NCBI GenBank assembly: GCA_002938035.1
Contig: PTLH01000002.1
Span: 1-57,143 of the forward strand
DNA length: 57,143 nucleotides
Direction of reading: 5' to 3'
Source: Alphaproteobacteria bacterium MarineAlpha3_Bin6
GTDB lineage: Bacteria; Pseudomonadota; Alphaproteobacteria; Rhodospirillales; UBA2165
Part shown: piece by piece, positions 46,621-55,855 of the stretch
Position numbering within the stretch: the stretch's first letter is position 1
Layout: the number at the start of each line of letters is the position of its first letter
The notes under the pieces: generated by a model
Database searches by the model: none
The model's input: the letters and a program-made list of their open reading frames with translations, nothing else
What the model was told of the DNA's origin: nothing
Translations under genes and position numbers: made by a program

Positions 46621-46828
46621 TACTGCCAAGTTGAGTCCTGTGAATATTATTTTGGTTCGCTAACAACTATTATCCAGCCGTTTCTTACCCTTGGTGTAAG
46701 TGTGCTGCAACCAGAATGCAACGTTGTTTTACGTTAGTCTATAATAATCCAAGGTGTAAATGCCTAGCGTGACAAAATGAGAAACTTGCCACTAAAGTCA
46801 CATAACATTAATTAGTTCAGGGCCACCA

Positions 46829-47557
46829 TTAAAACGTTTTAGCTCGTTTGGATTTGGCCTGTTCTTCACTAAAAATCTTCTTTTTGAAATTTTCCCAATC
46901 GGCTCTTAGATGTGCCAAAATTATCATTGGCATTGCTACGGCAATGTCCCAAAGGGCGTCCCAACCACCGCGCAACACTGTTGGGATCATGATCCACGGT
47001 GCAGCCGTAATTATCTGAACATGATCATCTGTATGGATTTGATCACGGTTCTGTAGCACCTTTTCTACTTTCTTGGGAAAAGACCAGTCGCAGCGATAAA
47101 TTACTTTTCCTTCTGGATTAATGACGTAAACCATGTTCGGTAGTGCGCCATACAGGTGGTGCATAGTTCCATTTAAATCATCTACTAACACCCGACGTGG
47201 ATCCGCATAAATATCTTTCATATCCAGTGACATCTTACGTTTTTGTTTGTCACTTATGTGGGCCCCAAGACGGGAACCCGGATGGGCCTCGCGCACATAT
47301 ACGAGCAAAAATTCTACGTCCGGGTATTTTTGACGAAGCTTGGCAAAACCTCCAACATTCTTGACGTACATTGAACATGTGATCGAACCAGTCTCAATCA
47401 CAACCCATTTCCCTTTATAGTCTTCAAGTTTTACTTCCTTGCCATCAGGTGTGCTCAAGGTAAAGTCGACCGCCGGTTCTCCCGCTTTTGGACCCGGAAA
47501 CTTGCCAAGATCATATTCCGACATTTTGTATCGTACATAATTATATGTCTTAGCCAT
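46829..47557 (-). CDS. iodothyronine deiodinase-family (thioredoxin-fold) protein, Cys homologue, with C-terminal hydrophobic segment
   Basis: VVIETGSITCSMY aligns to deiodinase FGSCTUPSF. FLLVYVREAHPGS aligns to FLVIYIEEAHASDGW. LYGALPNMVYVINPEGKVIYR aligns to [21 protein letters not shown]. Cys61 is TGT at 47377..47375. The C-terminus has a hydrophobic stretch AAPWIMIPTVL...IAVAMPMIILAHL. Confidence 0.75.
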   Translation of the reverse strand: MAKTYNYVRYKMSEYDLGKFPGPKAGEPAVDFTLSTPDGKEVKLEDYKGKWVVIETGSITCSMYVKNVGGFAKLRQKYPDVEFLLVYVREAHPGSRLGAHISDKQKRKMSLDMKDIYADPRRVLVDDLNGTMHHLYGALPNMVYVINPEGKVIYRCDWSFPKKVEKVLQNRDQIHTDDHVQIITAAPWIMIPTVLRGGWDALWDIAVAMPMIILAHLRADWENFKKKIFSEEQAKSKRAKTF

Positions 47558-47688
47558 CTGCTAAATTCCTCATTTTGAGTTGCGAAAATGGAGTATATTG
47601 CTCAGATTGTATTCCGAGTTATAAACATTTAATTTTTATTTTGGGCAATTGATCAAGCCAGAACATTCACAGCATTAGTTCGGTTTTT

Positions 47689-49320
47689 TTAACTGTCATG
47701 GATGGGAGCACGAAATTCTGAAAAAAAATCATTACCTTTATCGTCAACCACCATGAAAGCTGGAAAGTCTTTAACATCAATTTGCCAAATTGCCTCCATG
47801 CCAAGCTCTGGGTACTCCAAAACTTGGACTTTCTCGATGCAATCTTGTGCAAGCCGCGCTGCTGGTCCTCCAATTGAGCCCAAATAGAAACCGCCATGTT
47901 TTTTACAAGCATCCGTAACAGATTGTGATCGATTCCCTTTCGCGAGCATAATCATGGAGCCACCATTGGCTTGCAAAAGATCAACATACGAGTCCATGCG
48001 ACCGGCGGTGGTGGGGCCAAATGATCCCGAAGCAAAGCCATCTGGTGTTTTGGCTGGACCCGCATAATAAACGGCATTTTCCTTCACATAATCTGGTAGG
48101 TCTTCTCCTTTGTCTAGTCTCTCTTTCAGTTTTGCATGTGCAATGTCTCGGGCGACAATCATGGAGCCTGAAAGGGACAGACGTGTTTTTATTGGATATC
48201 TGGAGAGTTCAGCTCTTATCTCAACCATGGGACGATTGAGGTCGATGTTAATGACGTCACCATCTAATTCCTCACCGATTACTTCGGGTAGGAAACGGGC
48301 TGGATTTTTTTCCAAGCGCTCTAAGAATAATCCATCCCTTGTGATTTTACCCATTATTTGCCGGTCAGCAGAGCAGGAGACACCGATGCCCACAGGGCAT
48401 GAAGCACCATGTCTCGGCAAACGGATTACTCTCACATCATGGCAAAAGTATTTGCCGCCAAATTGTGCACCAATACCCAAATTTTGGGTAAATTTGTGAA
48501 CTTTTTCTTCCAATTCAATATCACGAAAAGCTTGGCCGTGTTCATTCCCACGAATGGGTAGATTATCCAAATAATGTGTTGAAGCCATTTTAACGGTTTT
48601 AAGATTGAATTCTGCAGACGTCCCGCCAATAACAATGGCTAGGTGGTAAGGTGGACAAGCTGCCGTACCCAAGTTTCTAATTTCCTTGTCCAGAAAAGAC
48701 ATCAAAGAACTAGGGTTCAATAGCGCTTTAGTCTTTTGGTAAAGGAAGGTCTTATTTGCCGATCCACCTCCTTTTGCAATAAACAAAAATTTATATGAGT
48801 TACCTTTCTCAGAATAGATATCAATTTGTGCCGGGAGGTTGTTACCAGTATTTTTCTCTGTATACATGTCAATTGGTGCTAGCTGGCTGTATCTTAAATT
48901 ATCAGTCTCGTAGGTACGTTTTATTCCATCTGTAATGGCGGCTTCGTCATCACCTTCCACCCACACATTCTCTCCTTTCTTGCCCATAACGATTGCGGTG
49001 CCCGTATCCTGGCACATGGGCAATATCCTACCGGCAGAAATATTAGCGTTTTTTAACAAATCTAATGCCACAAAACGGTCATTTTCAGAGGCTTCTGGAT
49101 CATCCAGTATATTACTTAGCTGTTGGAGGTGTGATGTCCGCAAAAGGTGGGAAGTATCCGAGAACCCCTCGGCAGTTAAGTGGGCGATGCCCTCTGGATC
49201 GATTTTAAGAACCTCCCGATCGCCAGTGAAAACTGTTTCGACAAAGTCGTCGGTAATTAGACGGTATTCCGTCGTGTCATCAAAATTGGGAATTAGAGGA
49301 TGAAAACTATTGTCACTCAT
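47689..49320 (-). CDS. class I (Fe-S) fumarate hydratase
   Basis: 543 aa. FumA/FumB-type two-domain layout ([18 protein letters not shown]-terminal beta-domain [14 protein letters not shown]). Confidence 0.9.
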   Translation of the reverse strand: MSDNSFHPLIPNFDDTTEYRLITDDFVETVFTGDREVLKIDPEGIAHLTAEGFSDTSHLLRTSHLQQLSNILDDPEASENDRFVALDLLKNANISAGRILPMCQDTGTAIVMGKKGENVWVEGDDEAAITDGIKRTYETDNLRYSQLAPIDMYTEKNTGNNLPAQIDIYSEKGNSYKFLFIAKGGGSANKTFLYQKTKALLNPSSLMSFLDKEIRNLGTAACPPYHLAIVIGGTSAEFNLKTVKMASTHYLDNLPIRGNEHGQAFRDIELEEKVHKFTQNLGIGAQFGGKYFCHDVRVIRLPRHGASCPVGIGVSCSADRQIMGKITRDGLFLERLEKNPARFLPEVIGEELDGDVINIDLNRPMVEIRAELSRYPIKTRLSLSGSMIVARDIAHAKLKERLDKGEDLPDYVKENAVYYAGPAKTPDGFASGSFGPTTAGRMDSYVDLLQANGGSMIMLAKGNRSQSVTDACKKHGGFYLGSIGGPAARLAQDCIEKVQVLEYPELGMEAIWQIDVKDFPAFMVVDDKGNDFFSEFRAPIHDS

Positions 49321-49474
49321 AATTATAGCCTTAATAAATTTATTATTTTTAGCAAATTTTATTCTTATATCAATCAGATAGCTTTTGTTATTGAACTGAC
49401 GGGTTGTTGGCTTAGCCGACGAGGTTTTTGAATTTTTGCAAAAGATTAAATGAAAAGCTTATACCAAATTTTGC

Positions 49475-50047
49475 TCACTTCTTGCGAAACGCCTCTATAT
49501 TGATGACCTCCGCTCCATCTATTCGGTGCTTTAATTCTCTTTTTGGGTCAATGTTATTTACGCCGTCAGAGCCTTCAGGTGAAATGATAGAATGCTGGCG
49601 TTTCGACAAAATGCCTTCGATTTTGTCATCTCTTGAATTTTTATTATCTATACCCAATTTAGAATATTCATCGGTGTTGGTGCTTTTGCTAACTTCAGAT
49701 TTTATTTGAATACCAAAGTTCACGGATGGATCTGCGAATGAAGTTACCACATCAAATGGAATGTATAGTCTCTGGTTTTGCCCTCCAAAGGAGAGGGTTA
49801 CCTCGAACCCACTGTCATCCAAATATAAATCTTGGAATTGATGTTGAAGAACAATGGTGATTTCGTCTGGATATTGGGCTTTCAAGAAATCTGGAACGCT
49901 GACATTATCACCGTTGGTTTCGAAGTTTATGTACAAGTGGTGTTGTCCTGGATCTTCACCACACGTGAGTTTTTTCAATGCACGTCGCAGCACATTCCTC
50001 ATAGCATCGGTGACCCACTCGTCATAAGGGAAATTAACTTCGTTCAT
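49475..50047 (-). CDS. sspB: ClpXP adaptor SspB (alphaproteobacterial type)
   Basis: 190 aa. ITIVLQHQFQDL, FEVTLSF and FADPSVNFGIQ closely parallel Caulobacter SspB-alpha as I recall it. Disordered linker and basic C-terminal tail. Confidence 0.8.
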   Translation of the reverse strand: MNEVNFPYDEWVTDAMRNVLRRALKKLTCGEDPGQHHLYINFETNGDNVSVPDFLKAQYPDEITIVLQHQFQDLYLDDSGFEVTLSFGGQNQRLYIPFDVVTSFADPSVNFGIQIKSEVSKSTNTDEYSKLGIDNKNSRDDKIEGILSKRQHSIISPEGSDGVNNIDPKRELKHRIDGAEVINIEAFRKK

Positions 50048-50127
50048 TTAATTCAAATTATCTCCTACGCTTATTCCTAATTCTATAACGACTTGTTGCA
50101 CAAGTTAACAAGTGTTAGGTGCTCTTT

Positions 50128-50440
50128 AGTGGGGGGCTTCTGTTGCCAGGTGCCCCCCGAACCCCGTGGTAAACCGGTTATTAAGCGGCTACCGCAAATG
50201 CTTCATTATCGTTAGCATTTGTAAAATTGGCCCGATAACGGTGGTACCATGCCGAGCGAAAATTGTGCCTTTACCACGCACGTCGATCCTGTTTCGCCCC
50301 CAAAGATTCTTACGAGTAAATTGGTGGAGGCGCCGGGCACTGCCCCCGGGTCCGTTACGCTTATTCTACAAAACGTTTATCGCCATAGTTGGTTTCCCAA
50401 CCCTGCTAATATAGCCCTATCTCGCAGGCAATGAAAGAGT
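50128..50440 (-). ncRNA. ssrA: two-piece (circularly permuted) tmRNA gene; outer boundaries approximate
   Basis: Minus-strand reading. The acceptor piece ends UGUAGAAUAAGCGUAACGGAC-CCGGG-GGCAGUG-CCCGG-CGCCUCC-ACCA, with the CCA ending at 50322. A 20-nt spacer follows. The coding piece then starts 5'-GGGGGCGAAACAGGAUCGACG at 50301 and pairs with CGCCUCC to give G3:U. Tag ORF is GCU AAC GAU AAU GAA GCA UUU GCG GUA GCC GCU UAA UAA, i.e. ANDNEAFAVAA (50216..50184, stops to 50178). A terminal 7-bp GC hairpin spans 50158..50131. Confidence 0.85.
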
Positions 50441-50546
50441 GCGAGGTGCTGTATCCAGGTAACGGATGTTTTTGCGAAAGGGGATGCAACACGTTAAAGT
50501 GAAATGTTCTTAATGCTATAAATAACCTCAAGGACTAGCCTCGCTC

Positions 50547-51485
50547 ATGGAGTTAACCAAAGAACAAAAGGCTGAGATTGAAATTGCGCGCTCGTCCAGC
50601 TTGAAAACCCGACGCCCTACTGTCCCAATGTTGGAGGAGATATTATTTGAACCTATCCCCGTTCTTGATCACGGATTTGTTCGTGTTATTGATTATATGG
50701 GCGACGATGCTGCAGTGGTACAGGCGGCGCGAGTGTCATATGGCAAGGGAACAAAGAAGATATCCGACGATGCGGGGCTAATTAACTACCTCTTGCGGCA
50801 TCGTCACACTACACCCTTTGAAATGTGTGAAATTAAATACCACGTTAAATTACCAATATTTGTTGCCCGGCAATGGATTAGACACCGCACCGCAAACGTG
50901 AACGAATATTCTGCCCGGTATTCTGTTTTGGATTGCGAGTTTTATGTGCCGGAAGAAGACGATCTTGCGGCTCAGTCAAGTTCTAACCGTCAAGGGCGCG
51001 GCAATATATTGTCAGGAAAGGAAGCAAAAAGGGTTTTAGAAATTTTACGAGAAGATGCGCAAATGACTTACGATCATTACATTGAAATGCTGAACGAGAG
51101 TGAAGAGGGTAATATAATTGATGTCTCAAAAGAGGGTCTTGCTCGTGAACTTGCTCGGATGAACCTCACCCTAAGCACTTACACACAATGGTATTGGAAA
51201 ACGGATCTGCACAATTTGTTAAATTTTTTAAGTTTGCGTGCAGACACGCATGCCCAGTATGAAATACGTGTTTATGCAGATGCAATGATGGAAACACTTC
51301 GGCGTTGGTGTCCTATAACGTTTCAATCGTTCAGTGATCATCGGGTTGAGGGTGTAACATTCTCAGGTAAGGCTATCAAAGTCGTAAAAAAGTTGATTTC
51401 TGGTGTTCATATAAACCAGGAAGAAAGTGGTATGTCTAAGCGAGAATGGCGTGAACTCATGGAGGTCATTGGCTGCTCAGAGTAA
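50547..51485 (+). CDS. thyX: FAD-dependent thymidylate synthase
   Basis: 312 aa. ThyX signature [15 protein letters not shown], preceded by [11 protein letters not shown]. Confidence 0.9.
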   Translation: MELTKEQKAEIEIARSSSLKTRRPTVPMLEEILFEPIPVLDHGFVRVIDYMGDDAAVVQAARVSYGKGTKKISDDAGLINYLLRHRHTTPFEMCEIKYHVKLPIFVARQWIRHRTANVNEYSARYSVLDCEFYVPEEDDLAAQSSSNRQGRGNILSGKEAKRVLEILREDAQMTYDHYIEMLNESEEGNIIDVSKEGLARELARMNLTLSTYTQWYWKTDLHNLLNFLSLRADTHAQYEIRVYADAMMETLRRWCPITFQSFSDHRVEGVTFSGKAIKVVKKLISGVHINQEESGMSKREWRELMEVIGCSE

Positions 51486-51735
51486 ATTAGATTAGAGAAA
51501 TAATTTTCTCTAAAGTATTGGAGTGGGGTTGCTACATACGTTGAACCGGCCTATCTACCGTAAGACGGATGTTTGCCAACAAACTGCGTTGTGCTTCCTA
51601 ATTAGTCCGGTAAAATAGGCACTCGTCGGATAGGTGAAGAAGCTGTCATATAAACACAGAGTTCTTATTACATACGGGTTTGTTTATTAGTAGATTTTGG
51701 CTTTCATTAGACGTTCTTCGAAAAGGATACTCTTA

Positions 51736-52857
51736 ATGGTTTGGAAAATACAGCGTGGCGGGCCGTGGGGTGGTAACGGTGGTGGAAGTGGTCAAGGTTC
51801 ATGGGGCGGCGGCAGTGGTCCCAAAGGGGGATCGCAACCACCGGATATCGAGGACATTCTGCGCCGTAGTCAAGAAAAATTCAAGAAATTTTTTCCTGGT
51901 CGTGGAAAGGGTGGTAAGCGGTTATCCTTATTAATTGGGGTTCTCGTGCTTTTCTGGCTGGCAACCGGTTTTTACAGAGTTCAGCCCGGAGAAGAAGGTA
52001 TTGAGTTGATGTTCGGTGAGTTTGTGAAACGGACTACGCCGGGTCTCAACTACTGGTTTCCCACTCCAATTGGTCAGGTTTATACACCGAATGTTGAAAA
52101 CACGAATATTACAACGGTTGGCTTCCGAGAGTTTGGTCAGAGCGGAACCCGCAATACCACGGTAAGAGATGTGGCTGAGGAAAGTCTAATGCTAACGGGT
52201 GATCAGAATATTATCGACATCGATTATGTGGTTCAGTGGCGTATAAAAGATGCTGCCGACTTTCTTTTCAACATCCGCAACCCTGAGGCAACTGTCAAAT
52301 TGGCTTCAGAAAGTGCTATCCGCGAGGTCGTGGGGCAGACGACACTGGAAGATGCACTGGCTCGAAAAAGAACACTAGTGGAAACCAGCACTGTTGACGT
52401 CCTTCAAAAAATTTTAGACCATTATAAAGCCGGTGTCTTCATTACTTCAATTAAGCTCCAGAAAGTGGAACCGCCTCAGCAAGTTATTGACGCCTTTAAT
52501 GATGTGCAGCGTGCTCGCCAGGATAAGGAACGCCAGCAGAATGAGGCGTACGCGTACCGTAATGATATTGTTCCGAAAGCCAAAGGTGAAGCCGCACGAA
52601 TGATCCAGGAAGCTACGGGTTATAAAGAGCGTATGGTGCTGGAGGCGGAAGGTGAGGCGAAGCGCTTTCTGTCGGTCTTTGAAGCCTACAAGGGCAACAA
52701 AGCCGTGACCCGTTCACGTCTATATCTAGAGCGCATGCAGCAAGTATTTAAGGATTCTGAAAAGGTGATTATTGATTCTGGTAAAGGGGCCACCGGTGTG
52801 CTGCCATATTTACCGTTGCCAGAACTTCGTAAAAGATCATCGGGAGCGGACAAATGA
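51736..52857 (+). CDS. hflK: FtsH protease activity modulator HflK
   Basis: Gly-rich N-terminus, one TM segment, SPFH/band-7 domain. ATGA overlap with hflC. ATG 51736 preferred over TTG 51697. Confidence 0.9.
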   Translation: MVWKIQRGGPWGGNGGGSGQGSWGGGSGPKGGSQPPDIEDILRRSQEKFKKFFPGRGKGGKRLSLLIGVLVLFWLATGFYRVQPGEEGIELMFGEFVKRTTPGLNYWFPTPIGQVYTPNVENTNITTVGFREFGQSGTRNTTVRDVAEESLMLTGDQNIIDIDYVVQWRIKDAADFLFNIRNPEATVKLASESAIREVVGQTTLEDALARKRTLVETSTVDVLQKILDHYKAGVFITSIKLQKVEPPQQVIDAFNDVQRARQDKERQQNEAYAYRNDIVPKAKGEAARMIQEATGYKERMVLEAEGEAKRFLSVFEAYKGNKAVTRSRLYLERMQQVFKDSEKVIIDSGKGATGVLPYLPLPELRKRSSGADK

Positions 52858-53726
52858 ATAAGATCTTTCTTGCTGTCATCGGTGTAATTGTGGTTGTCGC
52901 AGGTATTGTAGCCTTTAGCGCATTGTATACTGTTCACCAAACTCAACAGGCATTGGTTCTACAATTCGGTAATCCGGTTAAGGTGGATAGAGACCCGGGT
53001 CTTAAGTTTAAGGTGCCGTTTATCCAGAATGTAATTTTCTTTGACCGACGTATTCTTGACTTGGATCCACCGGCTCAGGAAGTCATTCTTAGTGACCAAA
53101 AGCGCATAAATGTCGACTCGTTCATACGGTATCGCATTGTGGATGCTTTGGAATTTCGTAAAAAGGCAATTACAGACAACAACTTCCGCCAAATTTTTGG
53201 CGCACGTCTTAATGCGGTTGTGCGTGCGGAAGTTGGCACCGTCTTTCTAGCCGATATGCTATCCGGAAAACGAGATGACGTAATGTTGGCCATAACCAAT
53301 ACCCTGAAGAAGGAAGCCCCGGAATTTGGTGTCGAGGTAATTGATGTCCGAATTGGCAGAACTGATTTACCTGATGAAACGTCACAGGCAGTATATAACA
53401 GGATGCGCTCCGATCGGATTGCCGAGGCTGCCAAACTTCGATCTGAAGGTGCGGAGATCAAAGCTAAAATTCAGGCGAAGGCGGATAAAGATCGTACCGT
53501 CTTATTGGCTGATGCAGAAAAATCGTCCCAAATTTTGAGAGGTCAAGGCGAAGGTACCCGCACAAATATATTGAATTCAGCTTTCGGTCAGGACGCTGAG
53601 TTTTTCGAGTTTTATCGAACAATGGAGGCATATGACAATGCGTTTGGTGAAGGGACAACCATGATTTTGAATCCAAAGTCGGATTTTTTTAGATTTTTTG
53701 GCGATATTTCAGGTAAGGCCAAATAG
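52854..53726 (+). CDS. hflC: FtsH protease activity modulator HflC
   Basis: 290 aa. N-terminal TM segment plus SPFH domain. Directly follows hflK. Confidence 0.9.
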   Translation: MNKIFLAVIGVIVVVAGIVAFSALYTVHQTQQALVLQFGNPVKVDRDPGLKFKVPFIQNVIFFDRRILDLDPPAQEVILSDQKRINVDSFIRYRIVDALEFRKKAITDNNFRQIFGARLNAVVRAEVGTVFLADMLSGKRDDVMLAITNTLKKEAPEFGVEVIDVRIGRTDLPDETSQAVYNRMRSDRIAEAAKLRSEGAEIKAKIQAKADKDRTVLLADAEKSSQILRGQGEGTRTNILNSAFGQDAEFFEFYRTMEAYDNAFGEGTTMILNPKSDFFRFFGDISGKAK

Positions 53727-53791
53727 AAACCTAAGCAATGGCTTCTGTCTCTGATTAGTGTCAGTGGCGACTTTTCGAAGACAACCTTGGA

Positions 53792-53983
53792 ATGAGTGAA
53801 CTTCTGACAGCCTTGGCCTTAGCAGTAGCACTGGAGGGTGTGATTTATGCTCTGTTTCCTGAAAGTATGAGGCGTTTTATGCTCCATGTTTTAGAGATGT
53901 CGGACAACTCTCTCCGTGTTGCGGGTATGTTTGCAGCCGTTGTCGGAGTTGCTGCTATAGCCGTTTTACGCCTGAGTTTTTAA
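53792..53983 (+). CDS. DUF2065 (YjeT-like) small membrane protein
   Basis: 63 aa with two hydrophobic helices (ALALAVALEGVIYALFP ... GMFAAVVGVAAIAVL). Conserved position after hflC. Confidence 0.65.
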   Translation: MSELLTALALAVALEGVIYALFPESMRRFMLHVLEMSDNSLRVAGMFAAVVGVAAIAVLRLSF

Positions 53984-54164
53984 TCGGGTATGGTACAGAA
54001 CACTGGTAAATTATGGCAAGGTGAAACCTCTTTGCCCTTTTTCTCTACAATACGCCACCCATATACCTAATTGATACCATCAGAAAAACACATTGTGGGC
54101 ATCTAATTTGAGCAAGATTACGTATAAATTAGCATTGAAATAAATTATTTAAAACATACACACA

Positions 54165-55694
54165 GTGTCTGAATTAACGACACAAATGAGGATAACATTA
54201 ATGCGGTATATTTTTACTTGGCCTTTAATAATTGCGGCTTCATTAGTTCTGAGATGGCGCGGAACCATAGGCCGAATACCTCTATTTATTCTAATGGGTT
54301 TTTTGCTGATGACTTCATCGGCGCATTCCCGTGTAGCGGGAGAAAGTTTTGCAGATTTGGCACAAAAGCTTCTTCCATCGGTGGTGACTATATCGACAAC
54401 TAGTGTCATAAAGGACCCCAGCGTTTCACCTCAATTTCCTCCTGGATCACCATTTGAGGAATTTTTTCGCGAATTCCGTGAACGAAATAGACCACAGGAG
54501 CAAAGAAGATCAACGTCGGTGGGGTCAGGGTTTATCATTGAAAAATCAGGTGTTGTTATTACGAACGAACACGTCATTCGAGATGCTCAGGAAATCAAAG
54601 TCATACTGCAAGATAACACGACCTTGACGGCAAAATTGATTGGTCGAGATCCCAAGACCGACATTGCTGTTTTGCAAGTTAATTCGGAAAAGGATTTGCC
54701 TTCGGTTTCATTCGGTGACTCTGATCAACTTAGGGTTGGGGATTGGGTGGTAGCCATTGGCAATCCCTGGGGTTTGGGCGGTTCGGTCACAGCTGGGATC
54801 GTTTCGGCGAGAGGTCGGAACATTGGTTCCGGACCCTACGATGACTTTATTCAGACAGATGCATCCATTAATAAGGGTAATTCAGGTGGGCCATTGTTCA
54901 ATATGCGTGGTGAGGTTGTTGGTATTAACTCCAACATCCTCTCACCTACGGGTGGTAGTGTTGGCTTAGGATTTTCAATTCCCTCATCAACTGCAAAAGG
55001 GGTTATTGATCAGTTGCGACGCTATGGACGAACCCGTCGGGGATGGCTTGGCGTCCGTATCCAACAGGTGACTGATGAAATTGGAGAAAGTCTGGGTCTG
55101 AAAAAAGCTAGCGGGGCGTTGGTTGCCGAGATAACGGCGGGGAGCCCCGCGGAAAAAGGAAAGATACAGAAAGGAGATGTGATTCTTTCATTTAATGATC
55201 AAGTGGTAAATGAGATGCGTAATCTTCCCCGTATAGTTGCCAGCACCGAAATTGGACAAAAGGTACCTATAGTGGTCTGGCGAAAGGGAAAAAAGAAGTC
55301 GCTAAGCGTCGCTGTTGGGGAATTGGATGAAAAACAAGCATTACTTATTGAACCAGGGCAACAAAAAGATACAAAATCTACTAAAGAAAGTAAGCTTCCG
55401 TCACTTGGGTTGACGTTGGCTTTTATAAACGATGCCGTACGTAAACAGTTCAAGCTTAAAAAATCTTCGAGGGGTGCTGTGATTACATTTGTTGATCCCG
55501 GTGGAACAGCGGCGGAACAAGGTCTTAAAAAAGGAGATATAATAATTGAGGCTGGCCAAACAGCAATTAATAGCCTTAGGGATGTTAAAGATAAAATTGA
55601 GAAAGCCCGTAGAGAGGGTAGAAAATCCATTCTATTATTAATGGAAAGGCAAAGCGGAATAGGTTTTATAGCTATACGTATTGGCCAAGGTTAA
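54165..55694 (+). CDS. Do/DegP/HtrA-family periplasmic serine endoprotease with two PDZ domains
   Basis: Catalytic triad contexts TNEHV, DIAVLQ, GNSGGPLF, plus two PDZ regions. Start is uncertain: GTG 54165, ATG 54186 or ATG 54201. Confidence 0.9.
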   Translation: MSELTTQMRITLMRYIFTWPLIIAASLVLRWRGTIGRIPLFILMGFLLMTSSAHSRVAGESFADLAQKLLPSVVTISTTSVIKDPSVSPQFPPGSPFEEFFREFRERNRPQEQRRSTSVGSGFIIEKSGVVITNEHVIRDAQEIKVILQDNTTLTAKLIGRDPKTDIAVLQVNSEKDLPSVSFGDSDQLRVGDWVVAIGNPWGLGGSVTAGIVSARGRNIGSGPYDDFIQTDASINKGNSGGPLFNMRGEVVGINSNILSPTGGSVGLGFSIPSSTAKGVIDQLRRYGRTRRGWLGVRIQQVTDEIGESLGLKKASGALVAEITAGSPAEKGKIQKGDVILSFNDQVVNEMRNLPRIVASTEIGQKVPIVVWRKGKKKSLSVAVGELDEKQALLIEPGQQKDTKSTKESKLPSLGLTLAFINDAVRKQFKLKKSSRGAVITFVDPGGTAAEQGLKKGDIIIEAGQTAINSLRDVKDKIEKARREGRKSILLLMERQSGIGFIAIRIGQG

Positions 55695-55855
55695 ATTTGG
55701 AAAATCTAATTAACTACCAACTTCAATATATTTAAAACAAGATTCCGTTTGCTGCTGATATGGATCCAGAACCCAAGAGGATATTGTCCTGTGCAGCTAG
55801 AATTGCATCGAGCCACTCAAACTAATTTCTCTGTACCACACGCAGGATAAATTGG

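Noticed and set aside
50131-50158. GC-rich hairpin GGGGGGC-N14-GCCCCCC as an intrinsic terminator between ssrA and sspB
   Set aside because: It is not followed by a U-tract (the next bases are ACUAAAGAGC). It is more likely a terminal structural helix of the tmRNA coding piece, so I folded it into the ssrA feature.
51492-51513. Hairpin TTAGAGAAA-TAAT-TTTCTCTAA after thyX as a terminator
   Set aside because: The stem is almost entirely A/T and there is no following T-tract. It is too weak to report as a feature.
51757-51840. Gly-rich repetitive stretch (GGPWGGNGGGSGQGSWGGGSGPKGG) as a DNA repeat element
   Set aside because: It is the usual low-complexity cytoplasmic N-terminus of HflK, not a tandem repeat element.
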